The notes below the pieces were generated by a model. It did not search any database. It was not told the origin of the DNA and worked only from the letters and a program-made list of their open reading frames with translations. Positions 1-7,942 of a DNA stretch of 14,559 nucleotides are shown piece by piece (the first letter of the stretch is position 1; each line of letters starts with the position of its first letter). A program made the translations under genes and the position numbers. The stretch covers positions 1 through 14,559 of the forward strand of contig JAVHOV010000017.1 of NCBI GenBank assembly GCA_036170245.1. Reading direction: 5' to 3'. Source of the stretch: an archaeon. GTDB lineage: Archaea; Iainarchaeota; Iainarchaeia; Iainarchaeales; JAAZKV01.

Positions 1-1
1 T

Positions 2-42
2 CGCTTTCATCCGCATCTTAAAAGATGCAGATTTCCCGCTCG
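2..42. mobile_element. Possible subterminal hairpin (end) of an IS200/IS605-superfamily element lying mostly left of the window
   Basis: CGCTTTCATCC-GCATCT-TAAA-AGATGC-AGATTTCCCGCTCG: stem 13-18/23-28 with a TAAA loop, in a short GC-richer patch next to very AT-rich DNA. The TTCATCC..TAAA..TTTCCCGC layout resembles ends of TnpB/IscB-carrying elements (recognised from memory). No transposase in the window. Confidence 0.4.
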
Positions 43-184
43 ACTAATTAAAAATCCTTCATCAATTTAGTCAAAACTATTTCAAATTTAATACTAAATG
101 TGTATTTATTACTTATTAGAAGGAAATTTTATTTGCAATTTGCACCAAAAGCATCTATAAAGAGTAATTTGCATTAAAATTAAT

Positions 185-607
185 ATGAAAATTGTCATTG
201 CAAGTGGATACTATGACCCAATACATGATGGGCACATTGAAGCATTATTTTTATCTAAAGAACTTGGGGATAAATTAGTTGTAATCCTGAACAATGATGA
301 CCAAGCTGTTTTGAAAAAAGGGAAACCTTTTATGAATCAAAAAGTGAGAAAAAAAATTGTTTCTGCAATTAAACCGGTTGATGAAGTTTTCCTAAGTATT
401 GATAAGGATGCAAGTGTGTGCAAAAGCATTGAAGCAATTTTTGAAAAATACCATCAAGGAAATGAAATAATTTTTGCAAAAGGCGGAGACAGATTTTCTG
501 GAGAAATTCCAGAAAAAAAAGTTTGTGATAGACTTGGGATTAAGATAGTTGACGGACTTGGCTCAAAAATTAATTCTTCAAAAAACTACTATGAAACTAA
601 ACAGTAA
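185..607 (+). CDS. Adenylyl-/cytidylyltransferase family protein (HxGH nucleotidyltransferase; TagD/RfaE-II/RibL-like)
   Basis: N-terminal SGYYDPIHDGH (HxGH) motif, LVVILNND, KGKPFM, FAKGGDR and C-terminal SS motif; 140 aa. Substrate cannot be determined. Confidence 0.9.
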   Translation: MKIVIASGYYDPIHDGHIEALFLSKELGDKLVVILNNDDQAVLKKGKPFMNQKVRKKIVSAIKPVDEVFLSIDKDASVCKSIEAIFEKYHQGNEIIFAKGGDRFSGEIPEKKVCDRLGIKIVDGLGSKINSSKNYYETKQ

Positions 608-793
608 ACAACAAATTCTTAATTGGATTATTTAATCAAAAAATAAAATCAAAATAAACTTATTCTAAATTAAGAAGTAGAAAATAATGAAATAATTTAA
701 AAAAATTAAGTAATTATCGCTTTTGTTCAATAAAAGCTTTTTTAGAGCAAAAAATTTTTAACAAAGAATAAATACTTCCAGCAATGCAGTATA

Positions 794-1720
794 ATGATTG
801 AAATGGACAAATTACCTTATCTAATTGAGTCCCAACAGTTTAGTAAAGAGCTTCTTTTTTCTCTTTTTAAGAGAGCCGACGAACTAAGGGAAAATAAAAC
901 ACATGATTCGCTGAAAGGAAAAGTGCTTGCAACCCTTTTTTATGAGCCAAGTACCAGAACAAGATTAAGTTTTGAAAGTGCAATGCTCAAAATGGGTGGA
1001 GGAGTTGTTAGTACTGAAAACGCCAAAGAATTTTCAAGTGCCATCAAAGGAGAATCTTTGGAAGATACCATTAGAGTTGTTTCATCATATGCGGATTGCA
1101 TTGTAATGAGACATTATGAGGAAGGTTCTGCAAAAAAAGCCGCACTGGTTGCTCAAGTCCCATTCATTAATGCGGGCGATGGAAAAGGACAGCACCCAAC
1201 CCAAGCACTATTGGACTTGTACACAATTTATAGAGAACTGGGTAAAGTTGACGGAATTACTATTGCAATGGTTGGTGATTTGGCTAATGGAAGAACAGTG
1301 CACTCCTTATCATACTTGCTTGGAAAGTTCTCAAACATAAAAATAATTTTTGTTTCTCCACCCAATCTTAAAATAAAGGAAGGAATCAAAGAGTACTTGA
1401 CAAGACACAATGTGTTGTATGAGGATAAATCAAATTTAAGTGAAGTACTTCCAATTGCGGATATAATTTATATGACTAGAATTCAAAAAGAAAGAATGAC
1501 TCAGGAGGATTATGAGCTGGCAAAAGGCAAATATACCATTAACTCACTTAATTTAGGACAAGTTAAATCAACTTCTCGAATAATGCACCCTCTGCCCCAT
1601 GTGGAAGAAATTGATATTCCAATTGAAGTTGAAAATAGTGATAAGAGAGTTGCATACTTTAGGCAAGCTGAAAATGGAGTGTTTGCTAGAATGGCACTTT
1701 TGGAGCATTTGATAAAATAG
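794..1720 (+). CDS. pyrB: Aspartate carbamoyltransferase catalytic subunit
   Basis: FYEPSTRTRLSFE carbamoyl-phosphate motif, KGESLEDT, INAGDG-QHPTQALLD, YMTRIQKER, MHPLP. Alternative start ATG at 803. Confidence 0.97.
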   Translation: MIEMDKLPYLIESQQFSKELLFSLFKRADELRENKTHDSLKGKVLATLFYEPSTRTRLSFESAMLKMGGGVVSTENAKEFSSAIKGESLEDTIRVVSSYADCIVMRHYEEGSAKKAALVAQVPFINAGDGKGQHPTQALLDLYTIYRELGKVDGITIAMVGDLANGRTVHSLSYLLGKFSNIKIIFVSPPNLKIKEGIKEYLTRHNVLYEDKSNLSEVLPIADIIYMTRIQKERMTQEDYELAKGKYTINSLNLGQVKSTSRIMHPLPHVEEIDIPIEVENSDKRVAYFRQAENGVFARMALLEHLIK

Positions 1721-1729
1721 ACTAAATAA

Positions 1730-2698
1730 TCATGCAAGCAAAAAATTAAACAAATATCCTAGAAGAGTAAATGAAATAAATAAAGTAAGAGCAAATATTG
1801 CAAGTAGCTTTGGCTTGAGTACTTTTCTTAGAATTATCATTTCAGGTAGAGATAATCCAATTACTGCCATCATAAATGCAAGTGCTGTTCCTATTGGTAA
1901 TCCTTTAGCTATCAATACACCCAAAATTGGCACCATTCCCGCAGCATTAGAATACAAAGGTATTCCAATTAACACTGCAATTGGAACAGCAAATAAATTA
2001 TCTTTCCCAGCTATTTGAATTAATAAATCACTAGGAGCATAACCATGGATTACTCCCCCAATCGCAATTCCAAATAATAAATAGGGAAGGACTTTAAGAG
2101 TAATATTTTTTGATTCCTTTAACCCAAAATCAATTCTTTTTTTCCAATTCATTTTTTCTTCTCTAGATTTCACTACGTGCATTTCATAAACGAAGGGTTC
2201 TATTTCTTTCTCTAGATTCAATCTGCCAATTATTATTCCAGCAACTATTGCTACAAAGAGTCCTGATCCTATGTAAAGTAAAGCTATTTCCCAACCAAAC
2301 ATTGCTAGTAGCATTGTTGCAGCAACTTCATTAATTAAAGGTGAAGCAATTAGAAAAGAAAAAGTTATTCCTAAAGGAATTCCGCTTTCAACAAAACCAA
2401 TGAATAAAGGAACTGCAGAACAAGAGCAAAAAGGAGTTGGTACCCCTAAAAGTGCTGCCAAGATATTTCCAAAGCCTTCCTTCTTTTTTCCGACAAGCTT
2501 TTTTACTTTATCAGGAGTAATAAAAGTTCTTATTACCCCAACAACAAAAACAATAATCAAAAGCAATAAAGTTACTTTGATTGAATCATAAATAAAAAAG
2601 TTAAGTGCACTTGCTAAACTTGAGTCTTTTGCTAAATTCAGGAAAGAGTAAGTTACCCAATCACTAAACCACTGAGCAGGAATAAATGGATCTATCAT
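1730..2698 (-). CDS. ArsP/DUF318-family permease
   Basis: Polytopic membrane protein of 322 aa with TPFCSCSAVPLFIG, SFLIASPLIN, GIPLYSN and GTALAFMMAVIGLSLPE motifs. GTGA SD upstream of the start. Confidence 0.9.
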   Translation of the reverse strand: MIDPFIPAQWFSDWVTYSFLNLAKDSSLASALNFFIYDSIKVTLLLLIIVFVVGVIRTFITPDKVKKLVGKKKEGFGNILAALLGVPTPFCSCSAVPLFIGFVESGIPLGITFSFLIASPLINEVAATMLLAMFGWEIALLYIGSGLFVAIVAGIIIGRLNLEKEIEPFVYEMHVVKSREEKMNWKKRIDFGLKESKNITLKVLPYLLFGIAIGGVIHGYAPSDLLIQIAGKDNLFAVPIAVLIGIPLYSNAAGMVPILGVLIAKGLPIGTALAFMMAVIGLSLPEMIILRKVLKPKLLAIFALTLFISFTLLGYLFNFLLA

Positions 2699-2742
2699 AC
2701 ATTAATCACTTTTGCACTTAACTTCAACTTACAATTTTTTAA

Positions 2743-2958
2743 CTAATTTTTTGCTTTTAGCCCCAAAGCCGCAACTATTGCAACTATCAAGTACATTACA
2801 AGTCCATACACACAAGCAGGAAGGGTAAATACTTTTGCGGAGCAGGAACCTATTGCACAAGTCGCCTGAAATATTTCAGTATAACTTAAGTATCCTGAAA
2901 ATAAAACTCCTAAAACGGCAAGTCCTAAAATTATTTTCAATGCTTTTTGTTTATTCAT
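2743..2958 (-). CDS. Small two-helix membrane protein with Cys-containing loop (VKOR N-terminal-like)
   Basis: 71 aa; TM1 ends FSGYLSY, loop CAIGSCS, TM2 begins LPACVYGL. Perfect GGAGGTGA SD (rc of 2963-2970). Confidence 0.75.
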   Translation of the reverse strand: MNKQKALKIILGLAVLGVLFSGYLSYTEIFQATCAIGSCSAKVFTLPACVYGLVMYLIVAIVAALGLKAKN

Positions 2959-2996
2959 TCTTTCACCTCCATTAAAATAAAAAAATGAAGTATAAG

Positions 2997-3851
2997 TTAT
3001 TCCTTAAGTTTAATTGTTCTTCTGTCTTCAACCACTGTTTTTACTTTATTATCCCAAACTTTGATTCTAACAGGTTTTGCTTTCCTAAAAGTCATTCTGT
3101 ATTGAGATTGATTCTTTTCAGTAGGAATAGCCCCGCGATATTCAAATTTAGGCCCAAGAGTATGCTGCAACCTTTCAACAAGAACTTCCCCAAATGGCTT
3201 TCCCATTTTTATTTCAAATGCATTTTGTTCTTCTTTCTTTCCGACAGCACCTTGAATGTTTGCAATTGTAATTACTGTATTTTTTCCTTCAGTGTGGAAA
3301 TTAAAACCAACTCTACCAACATAACCTTTTGGCGACCAAAGCTGCAATTGCCACATTGCTTCAGGACATCCAGAAACCCCAAATCTGTTATGTTCTTTTT
3401 GAATTGAATCAGTTTGTGCAAATTTTAATTCATAATTAGATCCAATTCTTTGAGAAAATCTATGAGAAACATTTTCAGTTCCAAGTTCAAAATTTCTTAG
3501 AGATCTTGCTAATTGAAGAATATGTATTTGCCCAACAAAACTTGCACCATAAGCTTTATTTTGCCCTTGAGTTCTTGAAGAATAAACTGATCTTAAACCA
3601 TTTTCAAGATCAAAAGTAGAAAAACCCAATTCTTTTTTAAGTTCAGCATATTTTTTAGCCAAACTCCATCGAACATCGCTTGGTTCAATTACATGTTTAA
3701 ACAAGAAAATACTAGCATCATGAAGTTCAGATAGATTCAATTTGGATTCAATTCTAGCTTTTTTAGTAAATCCCCTATTCAATCCTTCTCTCTCAAAAAG
3801 TCTCGCAAAGTGAACAGGAGTATGAATTGGCCTAAATTTCTTAATAACCAT
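2997..3851 (-). CDS. Hypothetical protein (~284 aa)
   Basis: Long ORF. Start moved from 4097 to ATG 3851 (MVIKKFRP) because the extension overlaps the divergent gene and its promoter and reads like non-coding DNA. Confidence 0.75.
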   Translation of the reverse strand: MVIKKFRPIHTPVHFARLFEREGLNRGFTKKARIESKLNLSELHDASIFLFKHVIEPSDVRWSLAKKYAELKKELGFSTFDLENGLRSVYSSRTQGQNKAYGASFVGQIHILQLARSLRNFELGTENVSHRFSQRIGSNYELKFAQTDSIQKEHNRFGVSGCPEAMWQLQLWSPKGYVGRVGFNFHTEGKNTVITIANIQGAVGKKEEQNAFEIKMGKPFGEVLVERLQHTLGPKFEYRGAIPTEKNQSQYRMTFRKAKPVRIKVWDNKVKTVVEDRRTIKLKE

Positions 3852-3953
3852 ATTAATGAAATATACATTATTTGAGTTAATATTATTATTGCAAAGGGCA
3901 AAATTCACCAATTTTCTGCCAAATGACCCAAATTTTTTAACCCACATAGAAGG

Positions 3954-3988
3954 TTTATAAATATAATAGTTATATAACATAACTATTA
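3954..3988 (+). promoter_or_regulatory. TATA box followed by palindromic operator (candidate MarR site)
   Basis: TTTATAAA at 3954-3961, then a perfect inverted repeat TAATAGTTAT(3964-3973)-N5-ATAACTATTA(3979-3988), upstream of the operon containing marR. Confidence 0.65.
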
Positions 3989-4027
3989 AGTGCTGTTTTA
4001 AGAAAGCATTTTTTAATGGTGAGAAAT

Positions 4028-5281
4028 ATGAAATCAAGTAAATATCTTTTAGGTGTAATATTAGGGTTGTTATTATGCTCGACATTTGTAATGGCAAATT
4101 TGAGTGTAAGTTCAGTTAATTATACCCCATCTCCAGCATACCCTGGAACTTACATAGACTTCACAGCGCATATCTATAATGATTCATATTCAGTAGCAAA
4201 CAATGTTGAATTAAAGTTTGATTTAAGCAAAAACAATTCATATTCAATTTACCCATTCAGTTTTGACTCAAACGAAGCTGCAATTAAAAAAATAGGCAAT
4301 TTGCCAGCTTATCAATCTGCAATTGTTAATTATAGAATATTAGTTGACCCTAGTGCATTTGACGGAACTTACACAGTTAACTTAAGCGTTCATGACGAAG
4401 ATTCTCCATACAAAACAACTCCATTCACAATAACAGTACTTAATAGAAAACCAGTTCTTTCTGTAGTTTCAATCACACCTGATGAAATGAGTATAGGAAA
4501 GAAAACAGAACTAACTTTATTAATTAAAAACAACGGATCAAGTACTGCAAGCGATATTTCAATTGGTGTTGGAGAAGATAGAACAGTTACTGCAGGAGGA
4601 ACAGTTGTTGAAAGAACAATTATTCCAATAGGCGCAGCTTTTTCACATATTGAAAAAATTAACCCTAACGAAACAATTGAAGTTAAAATTCCTTTAATGA
4701 TTAATCCAGGAACTACTCCAAAAGCTTACTTTGTTCCAATCAAAATGGAATTCTATGATGAAAATAAAACAAAATATTCTGATGTTGATTATGTTGGAAT
4801 AAAGGTATTCAATGAATCAGGGATGAATGCAACTATAGCATCAGTCACTCCTCTTATTACACCAGGGACTAAATCAAAAATAACTCTCGATATATCAAAT
4901 ACCGGACTAGGAATAGCAAATGCTGTCTTAGTAAAATTAACTTCAACAACTGGAACCTTGGAACCAGCTGAATATTATATCGGTTCATTAAATCCAGATA
5001 ATTTATATTCAATACAAACAGATTTAATTGTTCCAAAAAATACTGCCCCAGGAATATACCAGCTTAATGCCCAAATAACATACAAAGATGCATTTGGTGA
5101 AGAAAAAAATGAAAAGAAAATAATTTCATTTACAGTTCATTCAAATGAAGAACTCGGTATAACCCAAGAATTAGATTATGGATTCATATACATAATTTTA
5201 GGGATTGTATTTGTTTTAGGTTTAGGATTTTTGTTCAAAGACAATATTAAAGGTTTTGCAAAAAGAGGGAATAAACAATGA
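4028..5281 (+). CDS. COG1361-type S-layer/CARDB-repeat surface protein
   Basis: Signal peptide, PSPAYPG start, three Ig-like repeats (IYND..AxNV, IKNNGSSTA, ISNTGLGIA), YYIGSLNP, C-terminal TM plus basic tail. GGTGA SD at 4018-4022 favours ATG 4028 over 4016. Confidence 0.85.
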   Translation: MKSSKYLLGVILGLLLCSTFVMANLSVSSVNYTPSPAYPGTYIDFTAHIYNDSYSVANNVELKFDLSKNNSYSIYPFSFDSNEAAIKKIGNLPAYQSAIVNYRILVDPSAFDGTYTVNLSVHDEDSPYKTTPFTITVLNRKPVLSVVSITPDEMSIGKKTELTLLIKNNGSSTASDISIGVGEDRTVTAGGTVVERTIIPIGAAFSHIEKINPNETIEVKIPLMINPGTTPKAYFVPIKMEFYDENKTKYSDVDYVGIKVFNESGMNATIASVTPLITPGTKSKITLDISNTGLGIANAVLVKLTSTTGTLEPAEYYIGSLNPDNLYSIQTDLIVPKNTAPGIYQLNAQITYKDAFGEEKNEKKIISFTVHSNEELGITQELDYGFIYIILGIVFVLGLGFLFKDNIKGFAKRGNKQ

Positions 5282-5748
5282 ACACAAAACTTGACAGCAC
5301 AACAGAATCAATAATGATGCTGTTTCCTTTCATTTTCAAAACTCTTTTGAAATCAAAAGACAAAAATGAACCAGTGCACATAATGAGCCCAAAAAACAGA
5401 TCTTTAATGGTACTAAAGAAAAATGGAGTTATGCCAGTATCAGAACTGGGAAAGAAACTTTGTATTTCAAAACCAAACATGACTTCATTGACTGATTCGC
5501 TCATTAAAGAAGGGTTCATAGAAAGAAGTGATAATAAAAATGACAGAAGAATAATTCTTTTAACAATTACAAAGAAAGGAGAAACTGAAGCAAAGAAAAT
5601 ATTTGACAATGCTAAAGAAACTGTAAAAGAAAACCTTTCGAAATTGGATGAAAAAGATTTGGAAGAACTATGCGAATCAATTGCTAAAATAAAAAATATT
5701 TTTTCAAAAATAAAGGGGAATGATGAAAATGGCTCAAAAAAATGCTGA
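5278..5748 (+). CDS. MarR-family transcriptional regulator
   Basis: wHTH VSELGKKLCISKPNMTSLTDSLIKEGFIER plus wing NDRRIILLTITKKG; ATGA overlap with the upstream stop. Confidence 0.93.
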   Translation: MNTKLDSTTESIMMLFPFIFKTLLKSKDKNEPVHIMSPKNRSLMVLKKNGVMPVSELGKKLCISKPNMTSLTDSLIKEGFIERSDNKNDRRIILLTITKKGETEAKKIFDNAKETVKENLSKLDEKDLEELCESIAKIKNIFSKIKGNDENGSKKC

Positions 5749-6175
5749 AAAACCAACTGCTCAAAAAGAAACTACTCTTGAGGAAAATAAACAAAACCCC
5801 TTGTTTAAACTAATTGCAAATCCTAAATTTAAATTAGCAATTATATTTGTAATAATAATGGTTGCGGTATTTGGAATTATCTATTTTGGACAATCACAGA
5901 ACCAAATCTATATTGAGGATGCAACAATTAGTGCCCCGATTATTTCATTAACTCCCCAAATAGCAGGAACAATTGACAAAATATTTGTTAAAGAAGGGGA
6001 TTATGTTACAAGAAATCAGGTTCTTGCAAAAGTTGCAGGAAAAAACATTGTTGCAAAAACTGATGGAATAATTACTATGGTAAAGAATACTCCAGGCCAA
6101 AATATTTCACTAACTGACCCAATAGTTCAAATGTTTGACCCAAGCGAATTAAGATTAATTAAAAAAAAGAAATAG
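5720..6175 (+). CDS. HlyD/EmrA-like efflux adaptor (biotinyl-lipoyl-like domain), probably 3'-truncated
   Basis: N-terminal TM, then LTPQIAGTIDKIFVKEGDYVTRNQVLA and IVAKTDGII half-lipoyl motifs. Ends abruptly DPSELRLIKKKK in an A-tract. True start may be 5723 or 5729. Confidence 0.75.
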   Translation: MMKMAQKNAEKPTAQKETTLEENKQNPLFKLIANPKFKLAIIFVIIMVAVFGIIYFGQSQNQIYIEDATISAPIISLTPQIAGTIDKIFVKEGDYVTRNQVLAKVAGKNIVAKTDGIITMVKNTPGQNISLTDPIVQMFDPSELRLIKKKK

Positions 6176-6199
6176 TTCAAAGGAATTAATCCTTTGAAC
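6161..6199 (-). terminator. Hairpin plus T-tract terminator between convergent genes
   Basis: GTTCAAAGGA(6175-6184)-ATTAA-TCCTTTGAAC(6190-6199), a perfect 10-bp stem. On the minus strand it is followed by TATTTCTTTTTTTT, just downstream of the SPFH stop. Confidence 0.7.
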
Positions 6200-6216
6200 A
6201 CTAATTAATATTTGTT

Positions 6217-7008
6217 TTACTTTTTCTTGAACTTGTTATTTAGAGTTTTAGCTAATTCCAATATATCTACTGGCACTGCTAAAATTACAGTATTGCTTGG
6301 ACTTGGACCCAAACTGTCAATTGATTGCAATGTTCTTAATTGCATTGCCCCTTGAGTCTTAGCCATAATGTTTGCAGCTTTTGCAAGGTTAGTAGCAGCA
6401 ATTGCATCTCCTTCAGATTTAATGATTGTTGCTCTCTTTTCTCTTTCTGAACTAGCTTGTCGAGACATAATTCTCTTCAAGTCTTCAGGCATATCAATAT
6501 CTTGTAACTTTATTTCAGTTATTTCAAGACCCCAATTTTCACAAGCTTTCTCAACTATTTTCTCTATATCCTGACCAATACTTTCTCTTTCTGATAGTAC
6601 TTGATCCAGTGTCATGCTTCCTGCTACATCTCTTAATGCAGTCTGCGCATACTGCGAAACAGCATATTCAAAATCCTGTATCTTTATTACAGCAGTTTGT
6701 GCATCAACAACTTTGAAGTAAACTACTCCGTTAATTGCTACAGGCACGTTATCCTTTGTTATTACTTGCTGTCTTGGAATATCAATTGTCACAATTCTCA
6801 TATCTATTTTTCTAACAACATCAAGAATTGGGATTATTATCCTTAACCCAGGCTGTAAAGTATCCTTGTACTTTCCTAGTCTAAATCTCACTGCGGTTTC
6901 CCACTGGTTAACTATTCTAATTCCTGCAATCATCAAAAAAATTATTATTATCACGATGAATGGAATGAATCCTAAAAATACTGCTAATAATACATCAGCC
7001 AAACCCAT
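6217..7008 (-). CDS. SPFH/band 7 (stomatin/slipin-like) membrane protein
   Basis: N-terminal TM; IRIVNQWETAVRFRLG, PGLRIIIP, IDMR, QQVITKDNV, AQTALR, RQASSEREKRA, AMQLRTLQ. Confidence 0.95.
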   Translation of the reverse strand: MGLADVLLAVFLGFIPFIVIIIIFLMIAGIRIVNQWETAVRFRLGKYKDTLQPGLRIIIPILDVVRKIDMRIVTIDIPRQQVITKDNVPVAINGVVYFKVVDAQTAVIKIQDFEYAVSQYAQTALRDVAGSMTLDQVLSERESIGQDIEKIVEKACENWGLEITEIKLQDIDMPEDLKRIMSRQASSEREKRATIIKSEGDAIAATNLAKAANIMAKTQGAMQLRTLQSIDSLGPSPSNTVILAVPVDILELAKTLNNKFKKK

Positions 7009-7072
7009 AATTTTCCCCCGTTTATGTTAATAATTTTAGAATTATATTTGCTTTTAAAAGAATTGGATGAAA

Positions 7073-7438
7073 CTAGTTAATCGCTTTTTCAATATAATCC
7101 ACATCAAGTTCCTGATTTGATTGAATTGCTACAATTCGGCACCCGTACTTCTTTGCTTTCTCTTTAATATTACTTAACTTTTCAGTTTCTAATATCTCTA
7201 TTGCAACTGATTTTTCGGGCAAGTAAATATCTGCCCTGCTTTCCACATTAATTCTAGCTTCTGTCCAAAAGGGTTCATTAAGCATTTTTAGAAAATAACA
7301 CACTTCGGACTTTTTCAAGTAATGCGTTTTGCTCTCGCTCTTTGTACTAAAATTAATTACATTTAGTTTATTGTTCTGCTTTAATCTCCAATCAACCTGC
7401 ATAAAAATACCTTTCCAATAAAATGATGATTTGGACAT
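7073..7438 (-). CDS. Small CoiA-like PD-(D/E)XK nuclease-fold protein
   Basis: ESKTHYLKK...WTEA...RADIY...VAIEILETE pattern; 121 aa. Alternative start at 7402 (MQVDW). Confidence 0.7.
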   Translation of the reverse strand: MSKSSFYWKGIFMQVDWRLKQNNKLNVINFSTKSESKTHYLKKSEVCYFLKMLNEPFWTEARINVESRADIYLPEKSVAIEILETEKLSNIKEKAKKYGCRIVAIQSNQELDVDYIEKAIN

Positions 7439-7484
7439 TTAAGAATCAAGTACTAAGTAAGATGCCGGCGTGATGAAACTAAAA

Positions 7485-7724
7485 TTAGTTTTCTTTTTTA
7501 ACCAATTTTTTAAAAAACACATTATATAGTTCTACAATAACCGAAGCAGTAAGGTAAGACAAGACAAAAGCAGTGTAGAAATTAAAAATTGAAAATCCGC
7601 AAAAACAAACTATTTCCCCCACACAGCAACTTAAAGTATAATAACTTGGAATCAGAATAACTAGAAAAATTGCTAACAGAACAACCTTGGGTTTAGTCAG
7701 CCAGAACAAATCTCTAATAAGCAT
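7485..7724 (-). CDS. Hypothetical small membrane protein with Cys-rich loop
   Basis: 79 aa, two hydrophobic helices flanking CCVGEIVCFCG, basic C-terminal tail. Confidence 0.55.
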   Translation of the reverse strand: MLIRDLFWLTKPKVVLLAIFLVILIPSYYTLSCCVGEIVCFCGFSIFNFYTAFVLSYLTASVIVELYNVFFKKLVKKEN

Positions 7725-7849
7725 CTAAATAAAACCTTAACAAAACGGATTATAATAGTTACTTTAAGAAAAAACGAATTAGACTTAATTCTTAGAGTGA
7801 ATGCGGAAAGCCCGCCAAAACTTATTAAAAATAATATAAGTTTTAGGTA

Positions 7850-7935
7850 TTTAGGTAGATGAGTTCTTGTATATTCATCTACCTAATTAGACTCACGTTT
7901 AGGTAGATGAGTTTATATATATTTATCTACCTAAA
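7850..7935. repeat. Two tandem 36-bp palindromic units (48-bp period) upstream of the Fic gene
   Basis: Unit 1: TTAGGTAGATGA(7851-7862)-N12-TCATCTACCTAA(7875-7886). Unit 2: TTAGGTAGATGA(7899-7910)-N12-TTATCTACCTAA(7923-7934). Segments 7850-7886 and 7898-7934 match at 33/37. The unit 2 spacer holds TTTATATA (7912-7919). Confidence 0.92.
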
Positions 7936-7942
7936 TTAGTAT

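Noticed and set aside
3852..4097. N-terminal 82-aa extension of the 366-aa minus-strand ORF
   Set aside because: Overlaps the divergent S-layer gene start, TATA box and operator; low-complexity Asn/Tyr/Ile sequence typical of translated intergenic DNA.
7464..7485. GCCGGCGTGATGAAACT as a tRNA 5' end or C/D-box RNA start
   Set aside because: No anticodon arm, TTCGA T-loop, matching acceptor strand or nearby CTGA D box follows.
7751..7761. TATAATAGTTA identical to 3962-3972 (operator half-site)
   Set aside because: Single half-site of almost pure A/T without the inverted partner; plausible by chance.
7803..7815. GCGG-AAAGC-CCGC mini-hairpin as ribozyme or riboswitch
   Set aside because: Only a 4-bp stem, with no recognisable conserved flanking motifs.
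7850..7935. Two 37-bp repeats as a mini CRISPR array
   Set aside because: Only 11 nt separate the copies, far too short for a spacer; there are only two units, no cas genes, and the second unit contains the Fic TATA box.
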